Shown: positions 1-13,465, counted from the first letter of the stretch. The stretch is DNA of 64,000 nt from Camelus ferus (GCF_009834535.1 NC_045696.1:7814001-7878000); one strand, 5' to 3'. The notes: generated by a model not told the origin, from the sequence alone. Numbers and translations: made by a program.

Positions 1-2446
1 ATTAATACAAGCAGGCATGGGGAAAAAAAGGCCCGGAGGTGGAGGGTGAAGGTGGTGGGAGGAGCGTGGTCCAGTAACCTGGGGAGGCAACAGGCCCCGG
101 GTTCCACATCTTTCCGGGCTCTCAGCACTATCTGGACTGAAAGCGTTAGCTTCCAACACTTGTTAAACACTTTAAACTAGGTAGTGAGCACTGGAAAGCT
201 CCTATGTGAATTTGCTTTACTTCCTGGATGGTTGGGGCCAGGGAGGAAAAAGCTCAGTGCCATGACTCCCCATGCACAAATAATTTTAGTGTTTATTGAT
301 GTCTACTTAAAGTAATTGACCAGAAAATGCCTCCCTGTTTAAGCAACATACAGAATGCTCCATTGAAAGCTAATTGACCTATGTGTATTTCTGTTTAGTT
401 TGATGTCTACATCGTCATTTTTGGAGACGCTGTCAACTCTGACGAATGAAGGAATGTGGAAGCCAGGGGAAATTGCACCTGCAGAAAGTGCTGGAATTCC
501 AGGGCCAACTCCTCTCAACTGTCCTTTAAGAGTACGTGGACCTTAGTCGATTGTTTGAGATCCAGCAATTGGAGTTTCCTATAGGAAATACCAGAAATGG
601 AAATCCATGCTCATTGCAAACATTTAAATTTCTGAGTGGCCTAAATTGAGCCAAGAGGCAAGGATCCTTACTGCCATGGCCACACCAGCTCCTGTAAAAG
701 CTCCTGTAAACTTTCAGCTGAGGGTAGAAAGGCAGCAATTTAGACACACAGGGGTAATTTCTAGTTGGAAGGAAAGAAAAAAATGCTCCAAGTCAAGTTA
801 GAAAATTTATATTGGTACAAAAATCCTTTGAACCTTGACAGTAAATGGATTTTGCTCATTATGTGGGTTGATTTTCTCAGCGGCCCACTACATGTGTGAA
901 TCTGAGATTCATTCTTAGCAAAGATGACTAATGGATCTTTTAGGAATCTAGGCTTTAAAGTTGATTTTCTGTGTTGGTCATGGAAGCAGCTTGACTTTAG
1001 ATACTTTATGAGATGGTTGCCAAGGGAACTTGGGGCAAAATTTCTCGGGAGTGTCTCTAAAAACATTATTCATAATTAAAAAGTGATTCATAGAAATCAC
1101 CAGAAAAATTATGGCCAGTTGTGTTCGAACATGTTATTGAGCCATGTGGAATAAATAAAATCATTGCAGTCTGGTTGGGTAACGCTGCCTCCCAGCCTTC
1201 CTCTGACCATGCCAGGGGGACCTGATATAGCTTCACAGATGTGGGAGTGGCCTGTGGGACATGAGCCAAAGGGCATCTGCATTTTCTCCAGGTATTTCCT
1301 ATATTGATAATGCAAGTAATAATTACATCCCTTTAAAGACCCCTGATTACTAATCAGGACTATGCTATACTGAAGTCCAAGAGGTGGGTAAGGTAGCACT
1401 AAAACAAGTATCTAATAACCTAAGGGTTTGGATTTTTTTTTAAAGGGAAATAAAGACTGTGGAAAACCCCATATGATAGAATCTGAAAGACAGAATGAAC
1501 CTATTGCAACATAGACCCACCTGGTTATTGGTCAAATGATGTTCGACAGATTTTCTGGCATCTTAGTGGTGAAATTCTCAAAACAGACTCTCCTGCCGCC
1601 AAACTTTGCTCTGCAGGGAAAAGTAGGAGATTGAGGTCCCAAAGTTTTAGCAGTACCAATCTCTTCAGCTGGTAGTCATATGGGTACAACTGCCTCCTGG
1701 TAGAGAAGTAGGGCAAGGCTTGTTAATGCAGCTTCCAAAGGCACTGGATTTATAGTCTAACTCATCTTGGGCACAGGTGGACTGTGACAATATGTGTCAG
1801 TTGCTAATATTTATATGGAGAATCAGCATTTAATAGGGCGGTTAACTTTTAAATAATCCAAACAGAAGCAGCTGCACTTGCTAAAAAAAAAATACTCCCA
1901 CTGAACTGCACCTAAAAGAATAGATGCACTTTGCAGTCGTGCGCATGGTCACCCAGATGCACTGCGGCGTGACTTAGTAAGTTATTTTAGACCTCTTCGC
2001 AGTCAACTCTATCAGAGGCCTATGTGGTGAGTCACCTGGCACGTGAAGGTGGCTAAAACAGACAGATTGAGGGCTGCGTGTTCCAGGGGCTCATTACTCA
2101 CGTGTAGTCTGGAGCTGGACTCAGAAGGAGCTAGTACATTTCGCATTAGAAGGAATGCAGCTCTTTGAACTGGGGAGTCCTCTCACGATCCTCCTTGCAC
2201 ACACGCTGTTACTCATTCAGGAAACATCTCTGGGTGGCCACAGGGTGCCAGGCACCCGGCCAGGCACTCGTATGATACCAGTGAGTCCCTGCCATGGAGG
2301 TGATGGTGACTTTGAAAATCTGGTCTGCTACTGTGTATCAAGGGCCTTAGAAATGTTCACAGCTTTTGAACCAATAAATCTAGTTCTCATTAATTGTCCA
2401 ATGGAAATAATTTCTCATATGAAAAAGCCTTTTTAAAATGAATATT

Positions 2447-2568
2447 TGCCTAATGGTTAAGAATGCAAGTTTTGGTGTCAAATCTAGTGTGGCTTCTCTT
2501 TAAACCTCAGTCTTGTTATCTGTACAAGGGGGCTAAGAGCTACCTCATTAGGAGGTTGTGAATTTTAA
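2447..2568 (+). mobile_element. MIR SINE fragment
   Basis: tggttaagaatgcaagttttgg...aaacctcagtcttgttatctgtacaaggggg...acctcattaggaggttgtga resembles the MIR head and core. Confidence 0.7.
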
Positions 2569-3010
2569 CTAAAATCACATACCATATAATTCACCCATTT
2601 AAAGTGTACAATTCAATGGTTTTTAGTATGTCCACAAATATATGCAGTCATCATCACAATCAGTTTTAGAGCATTTTCATCGCCTCAAAAAGAAACCCCA
2701 TTAGCTAGTAACTCATCATCCTTCCAGCCCTCCCACCAGCCCTAAGCAACCATTAATCTACTCTCTGCCATTGAGTTTCCCTATTCTGGACTTTCACATG
2801 AACGGAATCATGTAGTATGTGGGCTTATGTGTCTGGTTTCTTTCACTTAGCACAACGTTTTCACGGCTCACCCATGTTGGAGCATGTATCAGAATTTCAT
2901 TCTTTTTTATGGCCGAATAATATTCCACTGCATGGATAGACCACATTTTGTTTATCCATTCATTCGTTGACGGTCATTTGAGTTGTTTCTTTTGGCTACA
3001 GTGAATAATA
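2569..3010 (-). mobile_element. Old L1 (L1MB-like) 3' end
   Basis: aattcacccatttaaagtgtacaattcaatggtttttagtat...ttcttttttatggccgaataatattccactg, typical antisense L1MB 3' UTR. Confidence 0.85.
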
Positions 3011-3359
3011 TCCCTCCAACTTTTATTTTGGCAATTTTATAATAAATATTTAGTAAATTTTATAACAAGGAAAATCTGTCCTGGGTAATGTGTACATCTG
3101 AGTTTGGTGTTAGGGAGAGGGCACAGTTGTAGATTTCATCCAAGGATTGCCTGGTTAGCTTAGTACACATTTAAATTCTGTTCCAAGCCAGATTTACCCC
3201 CATGTCCAACAGACTAGTTTATAAGTGGTGTTCTTGGTCACCAGAAGAATGAGACTACAAGCTTATCTCCAAGAGTCAGGAAATAGCTCTGAAGCTGGCA
3301 GGACTGATTGTGGTAACCTAACAGAGGTCTTGAGATTTGACTCTTGGCAGTTTCACTTG

Positions 3360-3510
3360 AAGGGTTATATCTATTGGGTATTGGAAATGGTCTATATCTT
3401 GATCTGGGTGGTGATGACCTGGGATTCATGTGAAAAATTCATCAAGTGACATACTTAAGATTTGTGTATGTTATTTTATTTAACTGTATGAAAGTTACAC
3501 TCTGCTTAAA
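3360..3510 (+). mobile_element. Old L1 (L1MC/L1ME-like) 3' terminal fragment
   Basis: ggaaatggtctatatcttgatctgggtggtg...aaaattcatcaagtgacatacttaagatttgtg. Confidence 0.7.
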
Positions 3511-3589
3511 GAAAAGAAGAAATCACAACCATATGGTTTCCCTCGGATCTCCCTTTCACTGTCCCATTCCAACTGCTGCTTCTTCCTTT

Positions 3590-3690
3590 CTGACCATTTC
3601 CAAATGACCACAGGTTCGTGCCACACAGCTGGTAAAGGACAGAGCTGGGATTTAATCTAGCTCTTACTAACTTGGTGTGGAGTGTTGCTT
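3590..3690 (-). mobile_element. MIR fragment
   Basis: gccacacagctggtaaaggacagagctgggatttaatc is an antisense MIR core. Confidence 0.55.
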
Positions 3691-3814
3691 TCACTAGAAA
3701 CTCTTCCAGTGCCTAGAATCTACATAAATTTTGAGACTTGGCCCTGAACCACATGGCAAGTGAGTACTGAGGCTGGTCTAGGCGGGCTAGGTCTCCTGGG
3801 TCTGGAGCGCATGC

Positions 3815-3903
3815 TTTGTCTGTCATCTCATGTACCCCTTACCCCCAGCACCCAGCATCGTACTGGGCATGTAGTGGATGGCCAATTAGTATTTGTTGAG
3901 TCA
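3815..3903 (+). mobile_element. L2 3' end
   Basis: ccccagcacccagcatcgtactgggcatgtagtggatggccaattagtatttgttgagt resembles the L2 tail. Confidence 0.6.
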
Positions 3904-4949
3904 GTGTTACCAGAGCAGAGTTATCATCAAAGCCCAAGCAGACTGCCCACTTGGCAACTGCTGGAAAAATTAAGGCAGGAAGCTCAATTCTTATTTTTTT
4001 CCCCATGGCAACACCAATGAATGTTGGTCTGTCACAGCACATGGAAAGTTCCCATTGGAGATATCAGAACTCTCTGGCAGGACCCGTAAGTGTTAATTTT
4101 AGCTTTCAATGACTGATGCCTTGTACAATTTAATGGGTCAGGAGGAGCATGAGCCAAAGCCAAGATTACTCACTCAGAGAGGTTTCCTTTCCTGCAGAGT
4201 ACTTGGTGAGTTATTCAGGCTGTAGAAGACTTGCTACTTACACATTTATTTTGAGAGAGTTTCCGCTATTTTGAGTCTAACCTGATAATTGTAAGTGATT
4301 CCTTAAACATATTAGCAATCTGCCCCATCAATCAAAATTTCCCAGAGTTCATGCATTAAACATGAGTTCATCTCACAATGTCAAATGCTAAAAGGCTATA
4401 GCAATAACCATAAAATAAACAAAAGACTTGCGTGTCCCTAGGTATTCTGAGTTGAAAGATACATAGGTCGAATGTCAATTACTTGGAATGAGGAAGGAAA
4501 TATCCGCAGGGGTTTCCATGTCTACCCAATTTTCCTCTTTGAGTCCTGGTAGGAAATGAGGAAGTTCCATGCCGAGGGGAGATGCCTGTGCTTCTGGAGG
4601 AATAATATCTCAGCTGCCGTTTGCAGCTGCCCTGAGGTCACTAGGGACAGAAGGACTCTGTAGCTGAGTGCAGATTCAGGATGTGTAAGGATGCCTGACT
4701 CTCATGCATTTGACTTTGTGCATTGTCTACTCATGTGCATGACCTGGCCTCAGGTGCATCAGCTGATGAAGGACCTTTCTGAACTGTTGCCTGGTGGTAG
4801 GTCCCTGCTGGCCCACAGTCCAGCTTCAGCAGGTTGTATTCTTTGCTTGATCAGTGGGGTTTGTTTAATTCTTTGAACATTTTATTGCACCCTTCCCTAA
4901 CTAATTTAAGGAAGTTAGCAGAAAATGGAGAAAGGAAATCGTAGATCTC

Positions 4950-5820
4950 ATGAATGCGGTACAATCGAATTAGAAAGCGATGAGTAGATGTTGTGAAAGT
5001 ATGGGTCTTTAGACTCAACCATATGCCCAAGGAAATTAAGCTGCCCAACCATGGATTCACTTGTGAAGAAAAAGATCATACATGAGATGCTGGAAATTCA
5101 GCAGTGAATTACATATAGGGGTAAATAAGTAGGTAACCAGGGGAAATTTCTCTCTCTAGGAGTGTTCTGACTCATATGAAAGAAGGCAGGATAGAATTAG
5201 GATCTATCATGTTGCAAACCTCTGATGCAGTCACGGATTTCGTCAATGATTATCTGTCATCAGTGGCTGCTAGGGGCAAGAGGAAGAGAAGGAGACTGGG
5301 GGTGGGGGGAGGAAATCTCTAGAATAATTCAGCTATCTTACATGCCTCCTGATTAGAGTATATACCCTTTATAAGAGAGTCTTGCCGAAAACATCAACTC
5401 TGAATCTGATTCAGTTTCTAACCAGACATTGTAACTACCAGTTTTCACAAAAATACAGGGACAGAGAAATGTGTTAAATGACATCAGGGAATGCTACCAG
5501 AAAATCTGGCTGAAAACACAGTTTCTTTGACAAATGAATAGCAAGGAAAAAAATGGGGAGGGAGGAGAGAATCTGTGGATGTAAAGACACATGTCAACCA
5601 CATGCAAAGTATATGGACTTTGCATCTTAATTCAGGCAAATCACCTGGAAAATGTAAGTATGAGGAAATCAGGGAAATGTGAAGACTGGCTGGATATTTG
5701 ATGTTATCAAACATCAGTGTCAGGTTTTGTTTTTTTTAGGTATAATAACGACATCATAGTTACATATTTTTTTAAAAGGTTCTTATCCTTTAGAAATATA
5801 TGCCAAACTATTTACAAATT
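4950..5820 (+). mobile_element. Old L1 (L1MC/L1ME-like) 3' region
   Basis: catcaactctgaatctgatt...cagtttctttgacaaatgaatagcaagg...tggatatttgatgttatc...cttatcctttagaaatatatgcc; left boundary uncertain. Confidence 0.65.
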
Positions 5821-5829
5821 TTATAATAT

Positions 5830-5916
5830 ATCTACATAGGGAACTATATTCAATACCTTGTAATGGCTTATAATGAAAAAGAATATAAAAAGATTATATA
5901 TGTGTGTGTGTGTATG

Positions 5917-5954
<38 letters not shown>

Positions 5955-6022
5955 ACTATGCTGTGCACCAGAAATTAACACAACACAACATTGTAAATTG
6001 ACTATACTTCAATTAAAAAAAA
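5830..6022 (+). mobile_element. Cetartiodactyl-type L1 3' end with internal (TG)n(TA)n microsatellite
   Basis: catagggaactatattcaataccttgtaatg...ctatgctgtgcaccagaaattaacac...attgtaaattgactatacttcaattaaaaaaaa. Confidence 0.9.
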
Positions 6023-6779
6023 TCTAAAAGAGAAAGTATAAGTTAGGATCTTATAAGAATTTTGCTCCAAGGGTACATCTATTATTCTGACCCCTCAGGT
6101 CTGACCCCAGTGCGTGATTTCAGGAATGCATTATAGACAAAAGCCAGGGGCTGCAAAGGGGACCTTGCCAGTTCTGACTTTCTGACCTTCTCAAGTGGGC
6201 AGTTTCCCCTCCCCTTCTATTGTCACTGAGACTTTAGCTGGTCTAAGCTGTGCCTTGAAGTATAAAGGGAAGCAGGGCCAGACAAAAAGGTAAGGCTTTT
6301 TTTCAAATACAGAAAAAAGTGACATTGAAGGTACTAACATATAAAACTTTTTCCTTTTTGCTTCTCTTTTTTTGTGGTCCCTCTCTCAACCTGTCATCAT
6401 GTTTTTGTTTTGCTATTTAATGTCACTCCCCTAACCTGGGGCATAAGAATGCTTTCAGGGCTAGTACAGACCCTCACAGATGTCCAAGGGCCCCACCGTG
6501 TAACTCAGTGGTCCTGCGAGCAGCCCACCAGCTGCCAGGTTCCCCCTCCCGCCCACCCTCTCACTGACACGGTCGCCCTGGGCAGCAGCAGCTAAGTCAA
6601 GCCAGAATATCTCCTTCCCACTGCCAGTTGATGCCCCCACAGGATTCTAACCTCTGTGCCAAGACACACCCTGTACCTGCATCAGGGATGGGTGAGAGGG
6701 CTCTTCTGCCAAGTTGTCCGAAGAACATGCCATCTTGTCTGCAAATAATTACAGTTTTATTTCATGCTTTACAATCACC

Positions 6780-8150
6780 ATGTCTTTTATTTTATTTATT
6801 TATTGCCGTCTGGTGCTGATCAGACCTCCAGTGCAAGTTTAAAGAGAAGTGGTTAGAACAGACATCCTTTCCTCATTTCTGGTCTCAAGAGGAAAGCTTT
6901 CAGTATTTCACCATCAAATATGAAGTTTACTGCAGGTTTTTTGCAGGGACTCCTTTCCCCAGATTAAGTGGTTTCATTCCTATTTCATTATCTTCTCTGG
7001 CTTCTGTTGTTCCCGTTGAAAAGTCAGTTGTTGGCGTAATTGTTGCCCCTTTGAATGTAATGTTTTTCATTTTTTTCTCTTTTCCAGCTGCGTTTTAAGA
7101 ATTTTTTTTTTTTTTGTCTTTGGTTTCCATTAGTTTTTCCATTTAGTTCTGATTTGCCTAGGAATACCTTTCTTTGTATTTACCCTGCTTGAATCTGCAG
7201 TTAACGTCTTTTGTCAGTTTGGAAAATTCTCAGCTAGTACATCTTCAAATATCACTTCTCCCCGCACCCTCCATCATCTCGTGCCCGCCCACACCAGTTA
7301 CAGCCATGTTAGATCTTCCACACATCTCATACTCCCTTCTCTGCATTGTTCATCCTTGAGATCTAGTCTGATGTTCAGACTAAGCCTCATTTCCCTTTCT
7401 CTCAGGACGTTGTTCTTCTGAGTCTTAATAGAAAGCCTTTTTCAATCCTAAGCCTCAGAAGGCTCAGGGCTCCTCCTCTCTGACAGGCCCTGGATTCTAA
7501 TTTGTGCATCTCAAGACCATACGGTCTCTGACACAACTACCCAGCTCTACAGTAGTGTGAAAGAAGCCATAGAGAATACACAATCAAATGTGTGGTGGTT
7601 CCAATAAAACTTTATTTACAAAAACAGAGGCCCCACTGGATTTGGCACATGGACCATAGTTCACCGGCTCTGTGCTAGATCTTCTCATTCTTTTCCCCCA
7701 TCTTTTATATTTTTTCATATCTTTATCTCTTTCTCTCTGCTGTACTCTTCATAAGTTCTTCAGCTATAGCTTCCAGTTCATGAATTCTCTCTTTAACAGT
7801 GTAATCTATTGTTTAACTTAGCCATTGAGTTTTTTTTATTATCTTATTATTAATTTTTAGAAGTTCTGTTTTTCTCCCCAATTATACCAATTCATGCCCA
7901 ATGTTTTTCTGTTGTTTATTCACACATTATAAGTGTATCCTTTCTTCTTTAGATATTCTATACTTCACAATTCTGCATGCTGTTGACAGAATAGAAATAT
8001 CTAGTCCTTCGGGACTACAGATGTTGTTTCTTGTTTCTGTTAGTTTTTGTTCATAGTGACTTGCTTTCCCAAATATTTGTGGATTTTTGTTGGTGAAGTT
8101 GTGCTTAATATTAATTTGTGGGATTCCTGCAAGCTAACTTGAGAAGACTT
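6780..8150 (-). mobile_element. Degraded ancient L1 (L1M/HAL1-like), interrupted by MER58
   Basis: aaagctttcagtatttcaccatcaaatatga is an antisense ORF2 relic; ttgtcagtttggaaaattctcagctagtacatcttcaaatat is an antisense ORF1-region relic. Confidence 0.6.
7545..7673. mobile_element. MER58-like hAT-Charlie DNA transposon fragment
   Basis: gaagccatagagaatac...ttccaataaaactttatttacaaaaacagagg...ggatttggcacatggaccatagttcacc. Confidence 0.8.
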
Positions 8151-8739
8151 TTCTCCAGTGTCTACGTCCGCTTTTGCCAATAGATGGGGGGGCCCCCTCT
8201 TTTCTGTACAGTTCACCTCAGACTCCTTCAAAGATTTTTTTCTTAGAGCAAGAATCTCAGATTGGGGTCCCCCTAATGGGACCCTCCCTCAGGACAGCCC
8301 CGCCCCCTCCCTGTTGCCATAGGTTCAGGCCAGTCTCTGCCACTCAGATTCCTGGTTACTCCAGCCCTGTCTCCCTGCCTTTTGTCCAGCTCCCAAGCAT
8401 TCCCATCCTAGTCCCTGGTGAGTCCTACTTGCAGGAATTTGGCCAAGGAAACCTGGAGACCCCGCCTCCTCCTTTCCTTCCTGCCCCCTCTCTGGTTCAG
8501 CTTTCCTCTGTGTGTCTGTCTGTCTATTTTGTGGCAGCCACGAAGGCCTCTTCCACCTCTAGAAATATGTTATGTCTGAGGTCTTGCTGTGAAGCCACCC
8601 AGTTCCAAAGCACTAGTCAGGTTTGGAGACAGTTCTCTGGTGAAACTTTACTTGACATATACGGACATATACTCAACTTGTTTGGTGTCACTTTAGGTGG
8701 GAACAAATGGACTTGGACCCCACCCTGCTGATAAATGGA

Positions 8740-8835
8740 GATGCCTGGGCGCCTACCCCACAGGCTGGTGTAGGGACTTGGTGAGATAATCTGTGTGGAA
8801 GGGCATATCCCTGGACACAAGGTAGGCACTTAAGA
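8740..8835 (+). mobile_element. MIR 3' fragment
   Basis: cctacccacaggctggtgtaggg...gagataatctgtgtggaagggcatatccctggacacaaggtaggcacttaa. Confidence 0.55.
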
Positions 8836-9826
8836 CAGTGTAGTTCAACTATAAAATTAGAATCACAAGGGACCTTCTCCAGGATTCAGCCTTACAATGG
8901 ATTCCTCATCTTCCCCTCAGTTGTGTCCCCTGTCCTACCCAGTGGATTATTTCACACCCCCACCATCACACTGCTCTGAGAAGAGGCTAAGATGAACTGC
9001 ATACATGAACCATGCTTAACAGGGAGGCCCCTTCCAGCAATATTAGTGTTCTGACCAGGGGCATATCCAAAGGAAGGAAGCTCTAATGGTAGGATCTGGG
9101 ACATTGACCTAGTTGTTTTGCAGGCTTTGGGATTCTGAGCCTTTCTGGCTCCCCTGAAGTCACACTAAGGGCTCAGTGGCCACTTGCTTGATCTGACACT
9201 AGAGACAGCTACATTTGGAGGAATGCCCATAATTGTTCCTGGCTTTATAAACATGAACAGCTGAAAGAATATGATGCAAAAACCCCCCACTGAAAAAAGA
9301 AACAACCTCCTGCACAAACACATTTATTTAAATCTCTGAATCGAGTTGTTCTCTGTTGAGTTATAAGGAGGAGTGAGTTTTCCAAGGGTGTGGTTTATGA
9401 GCCTTTCACAGATGGGTTTTCAGTGGGGGCACTGGTGGCTTCCCTCTGGCTATGGCTAGCTTGGGGGCTTTTTGGCCCAAAGGAGCAGAAATGAGTGGGA
9501 GGAAGGGGAGGGGCCTGGGGGATGGATCTCTTTGCCACGAGCCAGGGGCACACAGCCAGCCCAGCTCTTCCACTTGGGAGCGGTTCTGCTCAGCAGTGCT
9601 GGGTTAGGTGGGTTAGTGCCTCTCAAGGAAGAAATAACACATGTGGCCGTGAAGATTGAAAGTGGGGTCTCTCCCGTGCCCCAGATGGCACCAGAGATGG
9701 AAACACTAGCACTTCTTTTCCTGCTCGTGCTTCTCTGTCTCTGGAACTATTTGGTGGTAAAGTTAGTGTTTCACTTGATTTGATTTTCTTTCTCTCCGTC
9801 TATTCCGACCAGGAGAGTGAGGATGG

Positions 9827-10292
9827 TACGGCAGACTGGAAAATGCCCTCCACCCGCAAGATATGTCAACGTCCTAATCCCTGGAACCCGTGAATGTGGT
9901 CTTGTTTGGAAAAAGGACTTTGCAGATGTGATTAAGTTAAGGATCTTGGGGTGAGGAGATCATCCTGGCTCCTCTAGGTGGCCCTAAATGCCATCGTGAG
10001 TGATTTTACAGGAGAGATGCAAGGGGAGGTTAAGCAGATGCACAGAGAAGGTGGTGTGCAGACGGAGGCAGAGTTGGACGGATGCAGCCACAAGCCAAGG
10101 AGCACGAGTGCCAGCAGCTACCAGAAGCTAGAAAGGAAGGCTTCTTCCCCAGTGCCTGGGGAGTGCATGCAGCCCTGCCAGTCCCTTGATCAAAGACTTC
10201 CGGCCTCCAGGACTGTGATAGAATACATTGTGGCAGCTTTAAACCATCCAGTTTGTGGTAATTTGTCACAGCGGCCCTAGGAAATAGATACA
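9827..10292 (+). mobile_element. MLT1C/D-like solo LTR (ERVL-MaLR)
   Basis: gtcctaatccctggaacccgtgaatgtgg...ggactttgcagatgtgattaagttaagg...ccagtttgtggtaatttgtcacagcggccctaggaaatagataca; probable 5-bp TSD gatgg/gatga. Confidence 0.9.
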
Positions 10293-11986
10293 GATGACTA
10301 TGCCTCAGACACCCAATCCAGGAAATCGATGAGACTGTAATGTCTATCGTGGTGTACAGCTCCTCACTGCTCTGCTCAGGGGGGCTGTTTGCTGGGGCAA
10401 GACTTGTCTAGGTGCCTTAGAAAACAGCCCGCAGCCCAGCTTGCAGGCTAATACTTCTTTTTGGTAGGGGGAGGTAGTGCAATCCCAGGGAAGCCAGAGG
10501 GAGGGGGAAAAGGAGGGAAGGAAACACAGGAGCGTCATTGGTCATTTTCCAGCTGGCCACAGCTCCCCAAGAGCTCACAGCTGGCCATGTGGCCCTCTGC
10601 GACATCCCAGGAGAGGCTGTATTTAAGCAGTGTTGCTTGGAGCAGGCTGCGAGTGGGGGGTGGTAGGAGGGGCCAAGAAAGGTAAGCAGATTATCTGCTG
10701 GTTCCTTTCACTGTCTCTCCTGGGAAAGATTGCCCCATCCTTCTAGACTGCAGTTCCCAACAGTTGCTAGTAACTTCATGGGTTGGGTCATGCCTGACCT
10801 GGGTGCCAGAGCTGCCTGTAGCTCTGACTTTGGGAGGCATTGTGAAGGCTGTGCTGGGGTCTCACCCTGGTGATGCTGGAAATGGCCCAAGTCTTCCCTG
10901 GGGCCATTCCAGCTGGGACTGAGGTCAGGAGGCTGGCAGGGCCTGGCAGATCAGGGGACCATGTGAACTGAGTCAGGCGTCACGGAGGCTCTGGGCTGGT
11001 GGCCAGCATCCATGTCCTCTTGTTTTATGGATTTCCAGAAACTGGGGGACCTAAAGGCTTATCTGACCCAAGCACTCACACCTTGCCTGGGTCCCCATTA
11101 CTACATCTCGGGTGCCTGTGACCCTGCTTACGTGTTTGCCATCAATTTCCCACTCATTTCATTCTTTCTTCAGCTCCTCTGCTCATCACCCCTGACACCT
11201 GGCCTTTTCTGTTTTCCTCTTGTCACTCTGTCTGCACAGCTATCCTCTTCCATCCTGTTTCCACTGCGTAGCCAACCTTGCTCTCCTGTGGATTCAAGGC
11301 TTCCCTCCCACTTCTGCATTTGATTAGACATCATAAAGGGAGATTCCCTTTAGGTTTACAGCACATGGATAGAGACTTGGGAAGGAGAAAAAGATTCTTT
11401 AACAGACAAAATAGGCACCAGGGACGCTCTTCTCTTTGAACGTGACAAGTGGAAGAAAAGACTCATTAGAGATAAGAGAGCTTAAGCAGTTGTCAGGTCG
11501 AAATTTGTTGGATGAGGGATGGTCAAGGTCATGCATACATGTGACCCACAGGTATACAGTCAGACGTGGGGCCCCTCCGGGGATCTCATGTTTGGTCCAC
11601 GAAGCTAGATGTGGAGGAATGGCCTCTTTGCGAAGACCCTGGGATGTGGGGGTGGAAAAGAGACAGAGTGACCCTGAACAGAGCCCTAGATGTCCCCTCT
11701 CCGGCCCAATGGGCAGTGGGTGAGGGGTGAGTATCTCTGTGCGCCTGGGAGGGAGTCTTCACAATGCCAGGCACGGGGTCCATGAGGGCAGAGGGCCTCT
11801 GTGGGCATAGGTTGTGGGGTGGACTGAAAACCAGAGCTGGCCAGAACAGGGGTGGGGCTGTTGAGGGGTCAACCCCTGGAGAAGCAGTGACCAGAGTGGG
11901 CAGACAGGGAGCAAAAGCTCCTGGAATCATCTAACACTTAAGCCCAAGAACCCCCCATTATCTGGAGAGAGATTTCAAAGTGACTG

Positions 11987-12602
11987 TTTTTTTTTTAATT
12001 GAAGTATACTTGATTTACAATGTTGTGTGAGTTTCAGGTGTACAGCATAGCGATTCAGTTACGTACACATATATTCTTTTTTGATTCTTTTCCATTGTAG
12101 GTGATTCTAAGGTATTGAATATAGTTCCCTGTGCTATACTGTAGGTTCCTCTTGTTTATCTATTTTATATATAATCAGTTTGTATCTGTTAATCCCAAAC
12201 TTCTAATTTATCCCTCCCCTCTTTTCATTTTTGGTAACCATAAGTTTGTTTTCTATGTATGTGAGTCTGTTTCTGTTTTGTAAATAAGTTCATTTGTGTC
12301 ATTTTTTTTAGATTCCACCTGTAAGTGGTATGGTATCTGTCTTTCTCTGTCTGACTTACTTCACTCAGTGTGAGCATCTCTAGGTCCATCCATGTTGCTG
12401 TAAATGGTATTATGTCATTATTTTTATGGCTGAGTAGTATTCTATTGTGTATATGTGTATGTATGTGTGTATGTATATATGTATACCACATATATATTTA
12501 TACTGATACCACATCTTCTTTATCCAGTCATCTGTTGATGGACATTAGGATGCTTCCATGTCTTGTCTGTGGTGAATAGTGCTGCTATGAACACTGGGGT
12601 GC
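11987..12602 (-). mobile_element. Cetartiodactyl-type L1 3' end (ORF2 C-terminal relic plus 3' UTR)
   Basis: T-tail at 11987; ORF 12225..12491 contains IIPFTATWMDLEMLTLSEVSQTEKDRYH (L1 ORF2 C-terminus); degenerate TSD tcaaagtgactg/tcaagtgatactg. Confidence 0.92.
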
Positions 12603-13109
12603 TCCTCAAGTGATACTGATTCGTATTTCTTTTAGAACCTCTTCTAAGGCATCAATAGATATTTTTGTTGCAAAAAAGTTAGTTTATAGTTCATGTAGAA
12701 AAAAACCATAGCATAAAGGGAGGTATAGAGCTGAGACGAAAAGCTGAATAGAGGGCACAATCAGAGACCCAATGCCTACCGAGCCATCCATTGGGCCCAC
12801 CTTCCTACACAGGACCTCCAGGCCTTGTAGAGTCCTCAGGTCTGGCTGAGCTTCCCCGAGTGGGTGCCATACTGTGTCCTCCCTCCTTGGCCTCCTGGTG
12901 CCATCTGCAGCCCACAGGCCACTAGAGGGAGGTGCTTCTCCACACTGCCCCTGCTGGTGCCCTCTGTGAAGGTGCCATCTTCACAGAAGGCACGGTCTTC
13001 AAGTGTAGCCCAGACCACTGTCTCCAAGGGGCCAGGAAGGGTGCTCATTTTCTGCAGGAGTTAGAAAATGCCCCTACTATACGCTGGACTGCATTGTCAC
13101 TGGGACTGT

Positions 13110-13465
13110 AGCAGCCAGCTTTTGCAACTGGTATGTTGTGGTAACAGACAACCCCTAACATTACAGCTGCTTCCAACAAGAGAGGTTTGCTTCTTGTGCA
13201 CACTGTGTTGACTCTGCCCCATGTTGTCCTCATCCTGGGACCCCAGCTGAAGATGCAGGGCCCAGCTTCCCTCCAGGGAAAGCTGGTTCTATGGCAGAAG
13301 GGAAGGAGCAAATGGCCTCAGAAAGCAGTGACTCTTAAAGCTTCAGCCCAGAAGCCTCACACATCACTTCCACTCACATTTTGTTGGCCACACCCAATGT
13401 CAATGGGGTGACGAGGTGTAATCCTTTCCCAGCGAGCACAGCAGATATTTCAGATAATAACACCA
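13110..13465 (-). mobile_element. Old MLT1 (J/K-like) LTR remnant
   Basis: gtggtaacagacaacccctaacattacagctgcttccaacaagagaggtttgcttcttg...cacatcacttccactcacattttgttggcca. Confidence 0.55.

Noticed and set aside
12917..12935. Second CTCF-like motif ggccactagagggagg
   Set aside because: It mismatches the conserved GGCGC end, so it is too weak to call without ChIP data.
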